Source: Sedimenticola sp.
GTDB lineage: Bacteria; Pseudomonadota; Gammaproteobacteria; Chromatiales; Chromatiaceae
DNA: 40,006 nucleotides
Direction: 5' to 3'
Assembly (NCBI GenBank): GCA_030619405.1
Contig: JAUXBK010000001.1
Location: 1 to 40,006, forward strand
This document shows positions 1 to 8,229 of the stretch, in pieces. Below the pieces are notes generated by a model. The model did not search any database. It was not told the origin of the DNA and saw only the letters and a list, made by a program, of their open reading frames with translations. Position 1 is the stretch's first letter. The number at the start of each line of letters is the position of its first letter. The position numbers and the translations under genes are program-made.

Positions 1-114
1 GGCTGGATTTCACGCTCGAATTCGTTAAATATGGCCAATATTCGCCTCATTCGAGCGAAAAATCCCGCTCGGCCCCACGTCCGCTCGCTACGGTCCCCAT
101 TCTCGGACAGCCTC

Positions 115-1974
115 CTAATCGTGGAAAGCCGCATAGATCTGCTCTGCCAACTGGCTGCTGATACCCGGTACCCGGGACAGATCCTCCACGCCCGCCCTGG
201 ACACCCCCTGCAATCCTCCCAGCCGTTTCAGCAGGCGCTGGCGTCGCTTCGGACCTATTCCCGGGATCGACTCCAGGGTGGAAGTACTGCGGTCGCGCGC
301 CCTTCGCTGTCGATGGCCGGTGATGGCGAAACGGTGTGCCTCGTCGCGGATCTGCTGGATCAGATGCAGCGCCGGTGAATCTGCCGGCAGTATAATCGGC
401 ACCTCTTTCCCGAACAAGAAGAGCTGCTCCATACCCGCCTTTCGATCCGCCCCCTTGGCTACCCCGATCAGCACTACTCCGGTTACTGCAAGTTCCTCGA
501 ACACTTGGGCCGCCGCACTCAGCTGGCCCTTCCCGCCATCGATGAAGAGTATATCGGGAAGTCGTCCCTCCCCCGCCTGCAGCCGGCGGTAACGCCGGCT
601 CAGCGCCTGTTCCATGGCAGCGTAGTCGTCTCCGGGTACTATCCCTTCGATATTGAAGCGCCGGTAGTCCGATTTGACCGGTCCCTGCTGATCGAAGACC
701 ACGCAGGAGGCCACCGTCAGCTCTCCACCCGTGTGACTGATATCGAAGCACTCCATCCGGGTCGGGGCATCTTCCAGGCCTACTGCCGTCTGCAGCGCCT
801 CCACGCGCCGCTGCATACCATCCCGGCTGGCCAGGCGTGCCTGCAGTGCAAGACGGGCATTCTGAAGCGCCATCTTCAGCCAGCGGGCCCGGTCTGCGCG
901 TACCGCATGGCGTATGCTCACCCGGCGCCCGGCCTGATCACCCAGCACCTCCTCCAGCAGTTTTCGATCCTTCGGTTCACTGCTGACGACGATTTCACCC
1001 GGGATCTGACGACCGATGTAGTACTGCCCCAGGAAGGCAGAGAGTATCCGGGCCTCCTTCTCCCCTTTTGGAATACGGGGAAAGAAGAGCTTGTTGCCGA
1101 GATTGTGTCCATGGCGAATGAAAAACAGCTGAACACAGGCAACTCCTTCGCTGACCGCGCAGGCGAGGATATCCAGGTCACCCCGCTCACCGCTGACGTA
1201 CTGACGCTCCTGAATACGGTTCAGGGTAGCAATCTGATCCCGGTAGCGGGCCGCCTGTTCGAACTCCAGGGCTTCGGCGGCCCGTTCCATGCGTTTTACC
1301 AGACCATTGACGATCCGGTCGGCCCGCCCCTCCAGAAACAGAACCGCATCCTGCACCTCCTCACCGTACTGCGCCTCGGTTACCCGCCCGACACAGGGTG
1401 CTCCGCAACGCTTGATCTGATACTGGAGACAGGGCCGGGAACGATGACTGTAGAAGCTCTCTTCACACTGTCGTACCGGAAACAGTTTCTGCATCAGCCG
1501 CAGGGTCTCCCGCACCGCCCCGGCACTGGGGTAGGGACCGAAGTAACGCCCCTTCTCTCGTTTTGCGCCACGGTGGAAGGCGAGCCGCGGAAAAGGCCCT
1601 TCGGAGAGAAAGATGTAGGGGTAACTCTTGTCGTCCCGCAACAGGATATTGTAACGGGGCTTGAGGGACTTGATCAGGGTGTTCTCGAGGATCAGCGCCT
1701 CGACTTCGGTGTGTGTCACCGTCACCTCGATACTCTGGATCCGGGCAACCAGCACCTGCAGACGCCGGTTGAGGGAGTGCGAGAAATAGCTGCCCACCCG
1801 CCGTCTCAGGTTCCGTGCCTTGCCTACGTAGAGCACATTCCTCTCGCCGTCCAGCATCCGGTAGACGCCTGGGCGGCTGGTCAAGGTCGCGAGAAAGGCC
1901 TTGTGATCGAAACCTTCAGGTAACTTTTCCTCTCCCATGCCCGGATTATACGGGGTCCCGAGGGCGTGTGACAT
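115..1974 (-). CDS. uvrC: Excinuclease ABC subunit C (UvrC)
   Basis: 619-aa ORF. It has an N-terminal GIY-YIG block (GVYRMLD..LYVGKARNLRRRVGSYF) and a C-terminal helix-hairpin-helix region (IPGIGPKRRQRLLKRLGGLQGV). It is colinear with E. coli UvrC. The ATG at 1938 (MGEEKLPEGFDHKAFL) aligns better with the E. coli N-terminus and may be the true start. Confidence 0.95.
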   Translation of the reverse strand: MSHALGTPYNPGMGEEKLPEGFDHKAFLATLTSRPGVYRMLDGERNVLYVGKARNLRRRVGSYFSHSLNRRLQVLVARIQSIEVTVTHTEVEALILENTLIKSLKPRYNILLRDDKSYPYIFLSEGPFPRLAFHRGAKREKGRYFGPYPSAGAVRETLRLMQKLFPVRQCEESFYSHRSRPCLQYQIKRCGAPCVGRVTEAQYGEEVQDAVLFLEGRADRIVNGLVKRMERAAEALEFEQAARYRDQIATLNRIQERQYVSGERGDLDILACAVSEGVACVQLFFIRHGHNLGNKLFFPRIPKGEKEARILSAFLGQYYIGRQIPGEIVVSSEPKDRKLLEEVLGDQAGRRVSIRHAVRADRARWLKMALQNARLALQARLASRDGMQRRVEALQTAVGLEDAPTRMECFDISHTGGELTVASCVVFDQQGPVKSDYRRFNIEGIVPGDDYAAMEQALSRRYRRLQAGEGRLPDILFIDGGKGQLSAAAQVFEELAVTGVVLIGVAKGADRKAGMEQLFLFGKEVPIILPADSPALHLIQQIRDEAHRFAITGHRQRRARDRSTSTLESIPGIGPKRRQRLLKRLGGLQGVSRAGVEDLSRVPGISSQLAEQIYAAFHD

Positions 1975-1990
1975 GCGGGCCTGACCTAGC

Positions 1991-2626
1991 CTACATGCTT
2001 TCTCTCAGCATCTCCCTGGCGCTGGCGAACACCGAGCGAAACATCTCGGGTGTGAGCCGCCGAGTCTGGGTGTTGTAACGGCTGCAGTGGTAAGAGTCGA
2101 TCAAACGCAGTCCGCCAGGCAATAGATGTACCTGCTCATGGCCGAAACGCTGCGCAGACAGTTTCACCCCCACCGCCTTGAGCACCGCATTGTGTGCGAT
2201 GGCGCCCAGTGCCATCAGCAGGCCACCTTCGGGCAGGCTGTCGAGCTCTTCCCTCAGAAAGGGGTTGCAGCTGTTGATCTCATCACCCTTCGGTTTGTTC
2301 TGGGGCGGCAGACACTTCACTGCATTGGTGATGCGGCAGTTGAACAGTTGCAGACCATCGCTGCCGGAAATGGACTCCGGGGCGCTGCTGAACCCATATC
2401 GGTACAGCGTGTCGTAGAGCAGGATGCCGGCAAAGTCGCCGGTGAAGGGGCGTCCGCTGGCATTGGCCCCATGCATGCCCGGGGCCAGCCCGACGATCAG
2501 CAGTTGCGCTCGGGGGTCCCCGAACGGGGCGACCGGGCGAGCGTGATACTCCGGATGCGTCTGCCTCACCTGGCCCAGGAACCGGGACAAGCGCGGGCAG
2601 CGCCGACAATCGATATCAAAACTCAT
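1991..2626 (-). CDS. Uracil-DNA glycosylase superfamily protein (Fe-S, family 4/5-like)
   Basis: 211 aa. It has an N-terminal CRRCPRL cysteine pair, a GLAPGMHGANASGRPFTGD active-site-like block, and later Cys residues (VKCLPP, NSCNPF) as in Fe-S UDGs. The subfamily cannot be assigned by eye. Confidence 0.8.
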   Translation of the reverse strand: MSFDIDCRRCPRLSRFLGQVRQTHPEYHARPVAPFGDPRAQLLIVGLAPGMHGANASGRPFTGDFAGILLYDTLYRYGFSSAPESISGSDGLQLFNCRITNAVKCLPPQNKPKGDEINSCNPFLREELDSLPEGGLLMALGAIAHNAVLKAVGVKLSAQRFGHEQVHLLPGGLRLIDSYHCSRYNTQTRRLTPEMFRSVFASAREMLRESM

Positions 2627-2636
2627 CGCGGGTGTC

Positions 2637-3275
2637 TCAGTTGCCGATCAGCCCGTAACGCAGGGCCAGGTGGGTCAGCTCCACATCGGTACCCACCTGG
2701 AGTTTCTCGAACAGGCGGTGGCGATAGGTACTGACTGTCTTGGGGCTCAGACAGAGAGCATCGGAGATATCCTGGGTCTTGCGCCCCTGGGTGATCATCA
2801 ACAACACCTGCATCTCCCGCTGTGAGAGGGCGTTGAAGGGGGATTCGGGATCGACGCCCGAAAGACGGGCCAGTGTCAGTTTCTTGGACACCTCGCTGGA
2901 GATGAAAGGACGCCCCGCCGCAACGATGCGGATCGCCTCGAACATCTCGTCCGCCGGGCACCCCTTGGTCAGATATCCGAGCGCGCCGGCCGTGTGGAGC
3001 TGATCCGGGAAGGGGGCATCCGTGTGCACTGTCACGGCGATGATCTGGGTTCCGGGTGAGAAGCGCTTGATCTTGCGGGTCGCCTCGATGCCACCGATCC
3101 CCGGCATACTGACATCCATCAGCACCAGATCCGGCTGCAGTCTCTGTACCTGTTCCACTGCCTGCTCGCCACTCTCCGCCTCCCCCACCACCTCTATCTC
3201 GGGATCACTGGAGAGAATGTGGCGAAAACCGGTTCGAACCAGTTCATGATCGTCAACGAGCAGCACCCTGATCAT
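2637..3275 (-). CDS. uvrY: Two-component response regulator, UvrY/GacA/SirA type (REC + LuxR-type HTH)
   Basis: REC domain (RVLLVDDHELVR..DLVLMDVSMPGIGG) plus a LuxR/FixJ HTH (LSQREMQVLLMITQGRKTQDISDALCLSPKTVSTYRHRLFEKL). It lies upstream of uvrC, as uvrY does in E. coli. A GGAGA SD sits 4 nt before the ATG at 3275. The TTG at 3305 in the ORF track looks like an over-extension. Confidence 0.9.
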   Translation of the reverse strand: MIRVLLVDDHELVRTGFRHILSSDPEIEVVGEAESGEQAVEQVQRLQPDLVLMDVSMPGIGGIEATRKIKRFSPGTQIIAVTVHTDAPFPDQLHTAGALGYLTKGCPADEMFEAIRIVAAGRPFISSEVSKKLTLARLSGVDPESPFNALSQREMQVLLMITQGRKTQDISDALCLSPKTVSTYRHRLFEKLQVGTDVELTHLALRYGLIGN

Positions 3276-3364
3276 ACATTCTCCATCAAGACACATAGGA
3301 ACCAATTACCATAGCAAACGCTGGCTGCTTTCTCAATGGAGTGATTTTTAAAGAAAAATGGAGT

Positions 3365-5482
3365 TCAGGTAGTCAACCTTCGGTAGATATCCGACACCTT
3401 GAGGGGCAATATTCTGACATCGTCGATGACAGTGTAGGCCGCCGGTCCATAGAGGCGGGGCAGATAGTCCCTGGCCTGCTCATCGATGGTGATGCAGTAG
3501 GGATGCACCCCCTCCCGCCGTGCCTCGATCAATGCCCGCCGGGTGTCCTCGATGCCATAATCGCCCCGATAGCTGTCGTAGTCGTCCGGTTTGCCGTCGG
3601 AAAGGGTGATGAGCACCCGGGTCCGGGCATCCACCTCGCTCAACACCCGGGTCAGGTGACGTATGGCAAACCCCATGCGGGTGTAGTCATGGGGCCTGAT
3701 GCCGCTGATGCGGGCCTTCACCTCCGCCGCATAGGGCTCGTCAAAATGTTTGATGTGATACAGCTCGCAGCGTTTGCGGGTGATACTGGAAAATCCGTAG
3801 ATGGCATATCTGTCTCCCAGGGTCTCCAGGGACTCGCACAGCAGCACCAGGGACTCCCGCTCCGCATCGTTGATCCACCCCTTGGTGGAGCCGCTCATGT
3901 CCACCATGAAGATCACCGCGATATTGCGCTCGGTCCGATGCATCCGGGTAAACAGCCGCTCCGACATCTCCCGCCCGTCCCGTGCATCCGCCAGTGCCTC
4001 CACCAGGGCATCCAGATCCACGTTGTCACCGTGGTTCTGGCGCTTCAGCAGCCGGTTCTCGTCACGCATCGCCTCGAAGATGCGGCGCAGGTGTTTCACC
4101 AGCCCGACATAGCGCTCCAGGGTCTCCTCGACGAATCCGTCATAGACCGGCGTTACGCTCTTCTCCCGCACGGCGCACCAGTTCTTGCGGTAGTGCTGGC
4201 GGCGGTAGTCCCACTCCCGGTAGAGATGGGCCCCCTCCTCATGGTAGACCCCGCTCCAGACATCGTCCGGGTCGGTCACCTCGTCCTGGAACAGGGCCGG
4301 GTCATACGCACCCGGTCCCGCCGGCTCCAAGTACGCATCAGGTATCTCGCCCAGATCCACGATAATGGAGCTGATCAGCCCCTTGACCTCTTCCGGCAGG
4401 GGCATCGGTTTTCCGTCCAGCAGGATCTCGGTTCGCATCCCCTCGGGCAGCTCCGGGGCGGGCAGCTCCCGTTTGGAAAAACGACTCCCTCCGGCTTTTT
4501 CCCGCTCCCCGGGCGGCCGCCCCGGTTCATGTTCATCTTCGAGCAGCTTGAGAGTGACCCGGAACTTTGCCTTCTCCCGCTCCAGGCGCGCGGCCATACA
4601 GGCCTCTACCAGCTCGGGCTGCAACACCCCTTGCCAGGGCGGGGGCTGACCAGGCTCCAGACGCTGCTGCTGCTCCTCGGCCAGGCGCACTGCCTCCGTG
4701 ACACGGGTACCGGGTCTGGCCAGGCGCCGGCGCAGGGCGTGCCACTCGCCCGCCGGTTCCGCCTCCCCCGGCAACCCCCGGATGCGCTCCATCTCCCGGT
4801 GCAGACCGGGCAGTTCCCGTTCGATCAGCGCCTCCAGCCGCAGCGCCTCCAGCGCCTGAAACAGGTGCAGGAAGCGTTCCGGGTCCGGCTGTTTCGCCAA
4901 GATCTCGGTAAGCGGGCAACGGAAGGTCCCGTATCGGATCTGGGCCCACAGGGTAACCATCATCACCTTATAGAGGATGAAGTTATCGTTCTCATCCGGC
5001 AGACGCGCCAGTACCGGCGGCAGATAGAGGGTCTCGGTGTCGGTATAGATCTGGTCCGACTCCTCCAGCTTCAGCCGGCGACCGGAGAGTCCCTGGAGAA
5101 AACCATGCAGAATCCCTCTCTTCTCCTCCAGCACACAGCCCGAGGCACGTTCGTGGCGCTCACGGGCGAAGCGGTCGAGCCGGCGGATCACTTCCAGAGC
5201 CGGGCGCAGCCCCTCCCGGTCGTAGGTGTCCATGGCGTGCAGCGCCCAGGCCTCCACCTGGTGCTGGTCCATGCCGGCCAGGGCTTCGCTCACGCGGCAG
5301 GCGTACTGGTACCCCAGCTCGATATTGGTGCTGGCTACACGTTCCACCCAATCGATGGCATAGCGGCGTTCCGCCAGGGGAAGTTCGCCGATGGCGGCGA
5401 CCGGGGTGGCGGTACTGCGGAAGGTGTATTCGACCTCCAGGATCTGATCGAGACGATCTTTCAGTGATAGGGCATCATGCAT
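3365..5482 (-). CDS. CbbO/NorD-family protein with C-terminal von Willebrand factor A (MIDAS) domain
   Basis: About 705 aa. The C-terminal VWA domain has an intact MIDAS motif (VDMSGST .. YTRMG .. LSDGKPDD) and an ITIDEQARDYLPRLYG tail typical of CbbO/NorD. It lies directly downstream of a CbbQ/NorQ ATPase gene. An alternative upstream ATG at 5521 is preceded by AAGAGG, and that form would read through the left inverted-repeat arm. CbbO versus NorD cannot be decided by eye. Confidence 0.85.
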   Translation of the reverse strand: MHDALSLKDRLDQILEVEYTFRSTATPVAAIGELPLAERRYAIDWVERVASTNIELGYQYACRVSEALAGMDQHQVEAWALHAMDTYDREGLRPALEVIRRLDRFARERHERASGCVLEEKRGILHGFLQGLSGRRLKLEESDQIYTDTETLYLPPVLARLPDENDNFILYKVMMVTLWAQIRYGTFRCPLTEILAKQPDPERFLHLFQALEALRLEALIERELPGLHREMERIRGLPGEAEPAGEWHALRRRLARPGTRVTEAVRLAEEQQQRLEPGQPPPWQGVLQPELVEACMAARLEREKAKFRVTLKLLEDEHEPGRPPGEREKAGGSRFSKRELPAPELPEGMRTEILLDGKPMPLPEEVKGLISSIIVDLGEIPDAYLEPAGPGAYDPALFQDEVTDPDDVWSGVYHEEGAHLYREWDYRRQHYRKNWCAVREKSVTPVYDGFVEETLERYVGLVKHLRRIFEAMRDENRLLKRQNHGDNVDLDALVEALADARDGREMSERLFTRMHRTERNIAVIFMVDMSGSTKGWINDAERESLVLLCESLETLGDRYAIYGFSSITRKRCELYHIKHFDEPYAAEVKARISGIRPHDYTRMGFAIRHLTRVLSEVDARTRVLITLSDGKPDDYDSYRGDYGIEDTRRALIEARREGVHPYCITIDEQARDYLPRLYGPAAYTVIDDVRILPLKVSDIYRRLTT

Positions 5483-5490
5483 GGTGTTAC

Positions 5491-5654
5491 ACCTAGATCC
5501 TGCAGGTATTCGCACGCACATAGCACAACCTCTTGTCCCGTATAGCGATATGAAAAATCTTGGAAATCACAATAAGGATTCCACTCAATTTTTCATTCGC
5601 TCTACGAAACAATAGCTTGCACTCTGTACGCACGACTACCTGCAGGATCTAGGT
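5491..5654. repeat. Perfect 18-bp inverted repeat enclosing a 128-bp AT-rich core in the Q-O intercistronic spacer
   Basis: 5491-5508 reads ACCTAGATCCTGCAGGTA and 5637-5654 reads TACCTGCAGGATCTAGGT, an exact reverse complement. The interior is visibly AT-richer than the flanks. It could be a MITE-like insertion or an mRNA stem. Confidence 0.85.
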
Positions 5655-5694
5655 TGCAGCTTTTTTACGGCCATTCTCCAGCCGGATTCTGCGT

Positions 5695-6507
5695 TCAGAA
5701 AATAGACGAGGAGAGCTCGTTCACCGCGGCCAGCATGTCCGGGTCGTCCGTCAGGGCCTGGGCGATCGCCCCGCGGCAGGCGGAAACGGGTGTGATGCCA
5801 CTGACGATAAGTTTTCCCGCATGCACCAGCAGCCGGGTACTCGCCCCCTCCTCCAGCCCGCTCCCCTTGAGATTGCGGGTCATACCGGCAAACTTTATCA
5901 GTTTTGCGGCGGTCTCCGAGTCGATCCCCGATTCCCGCGAGACGATGGCGGTTTCCAGTCCCACTCCCGGGTAGTCAAATTCAAGGGCCACGAAGCGCTG
6001 ACGGGTGCTCTGTTTGAGGTCCTTCAGTACGCTTTGATAACCGGGGTTGTAGGAGATGGTCAGACAGAACTCGGGCGTTGCCTCGATCATGGAGCCCAGC
6101 TTCTCGATCGGCAGCACCCGCCGGTCGTCCGCCAGCGGGTGAATCACCACCATGGTGTCCTTGCGCGCCTCGACGATCTCATCCAGGTAGCAGATGCCCC
6201 CGGAGCGCACCGCCTGGGTCAGGGGGCCGTCCACCCAGACTGTCTCCCCCCCCTTCACCAGATAGCGCCCCACCAGGTCGGAGGCAGTCAGGTCATCGTG
6301 GCAGGAGACGGTGATCAAGGGCCGTTTCAGCCGCCAGGCCATGTACTCCATGAAACGGGTCTTGCCACACCCGGTCGGCCCCTTCAGCAACAGCGGCAGA
6401 CCATTGACATAGGCCGCCTCGAAGATCGCTATCTCGTCGCTGGTCGCCTGATAGAAGGGTTCCTCATCCACCAGGTACTCGTCGAGTTTCAGTATTCTTG
6501 CATTCAT
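5695..6507 (-). CDS. CbbQ/NirQ/NorQ-family MoxR-like AAA+ ATPase
   Basis: 270 aa. Walker A is LLLKGPTGCGKTRF and Walker B is ICYLDEIVEARKD. The family-typical blocks ISYNPGYQSVLKDLKQSTRQRFVALEFDYP and STRLLVHAGKL are present. It pairs with the downstream VWA protein. Confidence 0.92.
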   Translation of the reverse strand: MNARILKLDEYLVDEEPFYQATSDEIAIFEAAYVNGLPLLLKGPTGCGKTRFMEYMAWRLKRPLITVSCHDDLTASDLVGRYLVKGGETVWVDGPLTQAVRSGGICYLDEIVEARKDTMVVIHPLADDRRVLPIEKLGSMIEATPEFCLTISYNPGYQSVLKDLKQSTRQRFVALEFDYPGVGLETAIVSRESGIDSETAAKLIKFAGMTRNLKGSGLEEGASTRLLVHAGKLIVSGITPVSACRGAIAQALTDDPDMLAAVNELSSSIF

Positions 6508-6514
6508 AGAAACA

Positions 6515-6586
6515 GGTTCTAGATACTAGGTTCTAGATACTAGGTTCTAGATACTAGGTTCTAGGTACTAGGTTCTAGGTACTAGG
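6515..6586. repeat. Tandem array of five 14-bp units built from 7-bp half-units, CTAG-rich
   Basis: GGTTCTAGATACTA occurs 3 times, then GGTTCTAGGTACTA twice, then GG, all contiguous. There are 10 CTAG tetranucleotides in 72 bp. The array ends 8 nt upstream of the Q-gene ATG on the coding strand. Confidence 0.9.
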
Positions 6587-6620
6587 AAAAACATAAAGAC
6601 GTTTCATCTGGTGCTATCGC

Positions 6621-6637
6621 CGCAACAGGCATGCCAC
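6621..6637 (-). promoter_or_regulatory. Candidate sigma54 (-24/-12) promoter facing the CbbQ/NorQ gene
   Basis: The minus strand reads GTGGCATGCCTGTTGCG, i.e. TGGCAT-N5-TTGC against the consensus TGGCAC-N5-TTGC. It was the only such match I found when scanning both strands by eye. It is intergenic and correctly oriented, about 115 nt upstream of the ATG at 6507. Confidence 0.5.
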
Positions 6638-6660
6638 ACAAACCCTCTCTGGGTGCAGAG

Positions 6661-6712
6661 CACGCCAACGACACGTCACGCCGCCGGGGCGGTGTGACAC
6701 GGCGTGTTTTTT
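6661..6712 (+). terminator. Orphan intrinsic-terminator-like hairpin plus T6 on the plus strand
   Basis: The sequence is CACGCC..GTCACGCCGCC-GG-GGCGGTGTGAC..GGCGTG followed by TTTTTT (6707-6712). The GC-rich stem has one G-U pair and an outer 6-bp clamp. No plus-strand gene lies upstream, and the minus-strand version has no U-tract. Confidence 0.4.
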
Positions 6713-6713
6713 C

Positions 6714-6858
6714 CTACTACAGCAAATGCTAAGTACGAGGTATCAGGATGTCGGGTTGCGGCGCGCTCATAAGTATGTGATAACCTGAAATATCAGTAAG
6801 ATGCGCGCCTAACCCAACCTACATTATGTTCGTAGGGACTTAGCGTTTGCTGTACTAG
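6714..6858. repeat. Nested palindrome (21-nt outer arms, GC-rich inner stem, AT-rich centre)
   Basis: The outer arms are CTACTACAGCAAATGCTAAGT (6714-6734) and ACTTAGCGTTTGCTGTACTAG (6838-6858), matching at 19 of 21 positions. The inner arms are GGGTTGCGGCGCGC (6753-6766) and GCGCGCCTAACCC (6803-6815). Confidence 0.8.
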
Positions 6859-6860
6859 CA

Positions 6861-6890
6861 CCTAGTACCTAGAACCTAGAACCTAGTACC
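6861..6890. repeat. Inverted partial copy of the CTAG heptad array
   Basis: The sequence is CCTAGTACCTAGAACCTAGAACCTAGTACC. Its reverse complement ends with GGTTCTAGGTACTAGG, identical to the last 16 nt of the 6515-6586 array. It abuts the purA stop codon. Confidence 0.85.
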
Positions 6891-6892
6891 TC

Positions 6893-8200
<1,308 letters not shown>

Positions 8201-8229
8201 TTAGATCTCAAGTAAGACAGACAGCGAAA

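Noticed and set aside
1-114. A short minus-strand ORF (ATG at 52-50, MRRILAIFNEFEREIQ..) running off the left edge. pgsA is expected downstream of uvrC.
   Set aside because: Only about 17 codons are visible and they do not resemble the PgsA N-terminus. This is too little sequence to call a gene.
3341-5467. Very long antisense ORFs opposite recognised genes. Examples are 3341-5467 (+), 505-1923 (+), 9771-10793 (+), 16127-17083 (+), 17774-18928 (+), 21546-22673 (-), 23364-24263 (-), 30001-30909 (-) and 35278-36966 (+).
   Set aside because: These are typical shadow ORFs of high-GC DNA. Their translations are Arg/Pro/Gly/Ala/His-rich with no recognisable motifs, and each lies fully opposite a gene with strong family signatures.
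5509-5530. CGCACGCACATAGCACAACC resembles the 5' part of the c-di-GMP-I (GEMM-I) riboswitch (CACGCACAGGGCAAACC).
   Set aside because: The similarity lies on the plus strand while the flanking genes are on the minus strand. The rest of the conserved GEMM-I core is absent.
6515-6586. Possible CRISPR array because of the regular short repeats.
   Set aside because: The units are contiguous 14-mers with no spacers. They are far shorter than CRISPR repeats, and no cas genes are present.
6714-6858. GCAAACG and GCAAATG inside the palindrome arms as PurR half-sites. GTACTAG in the heptads as TrpR-like operators.
   Set aside because: The region is downstream of purA, not at its promoter. Only half-site matches are present. 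These are low-information resemblances that I cannot support without a matrix scan.
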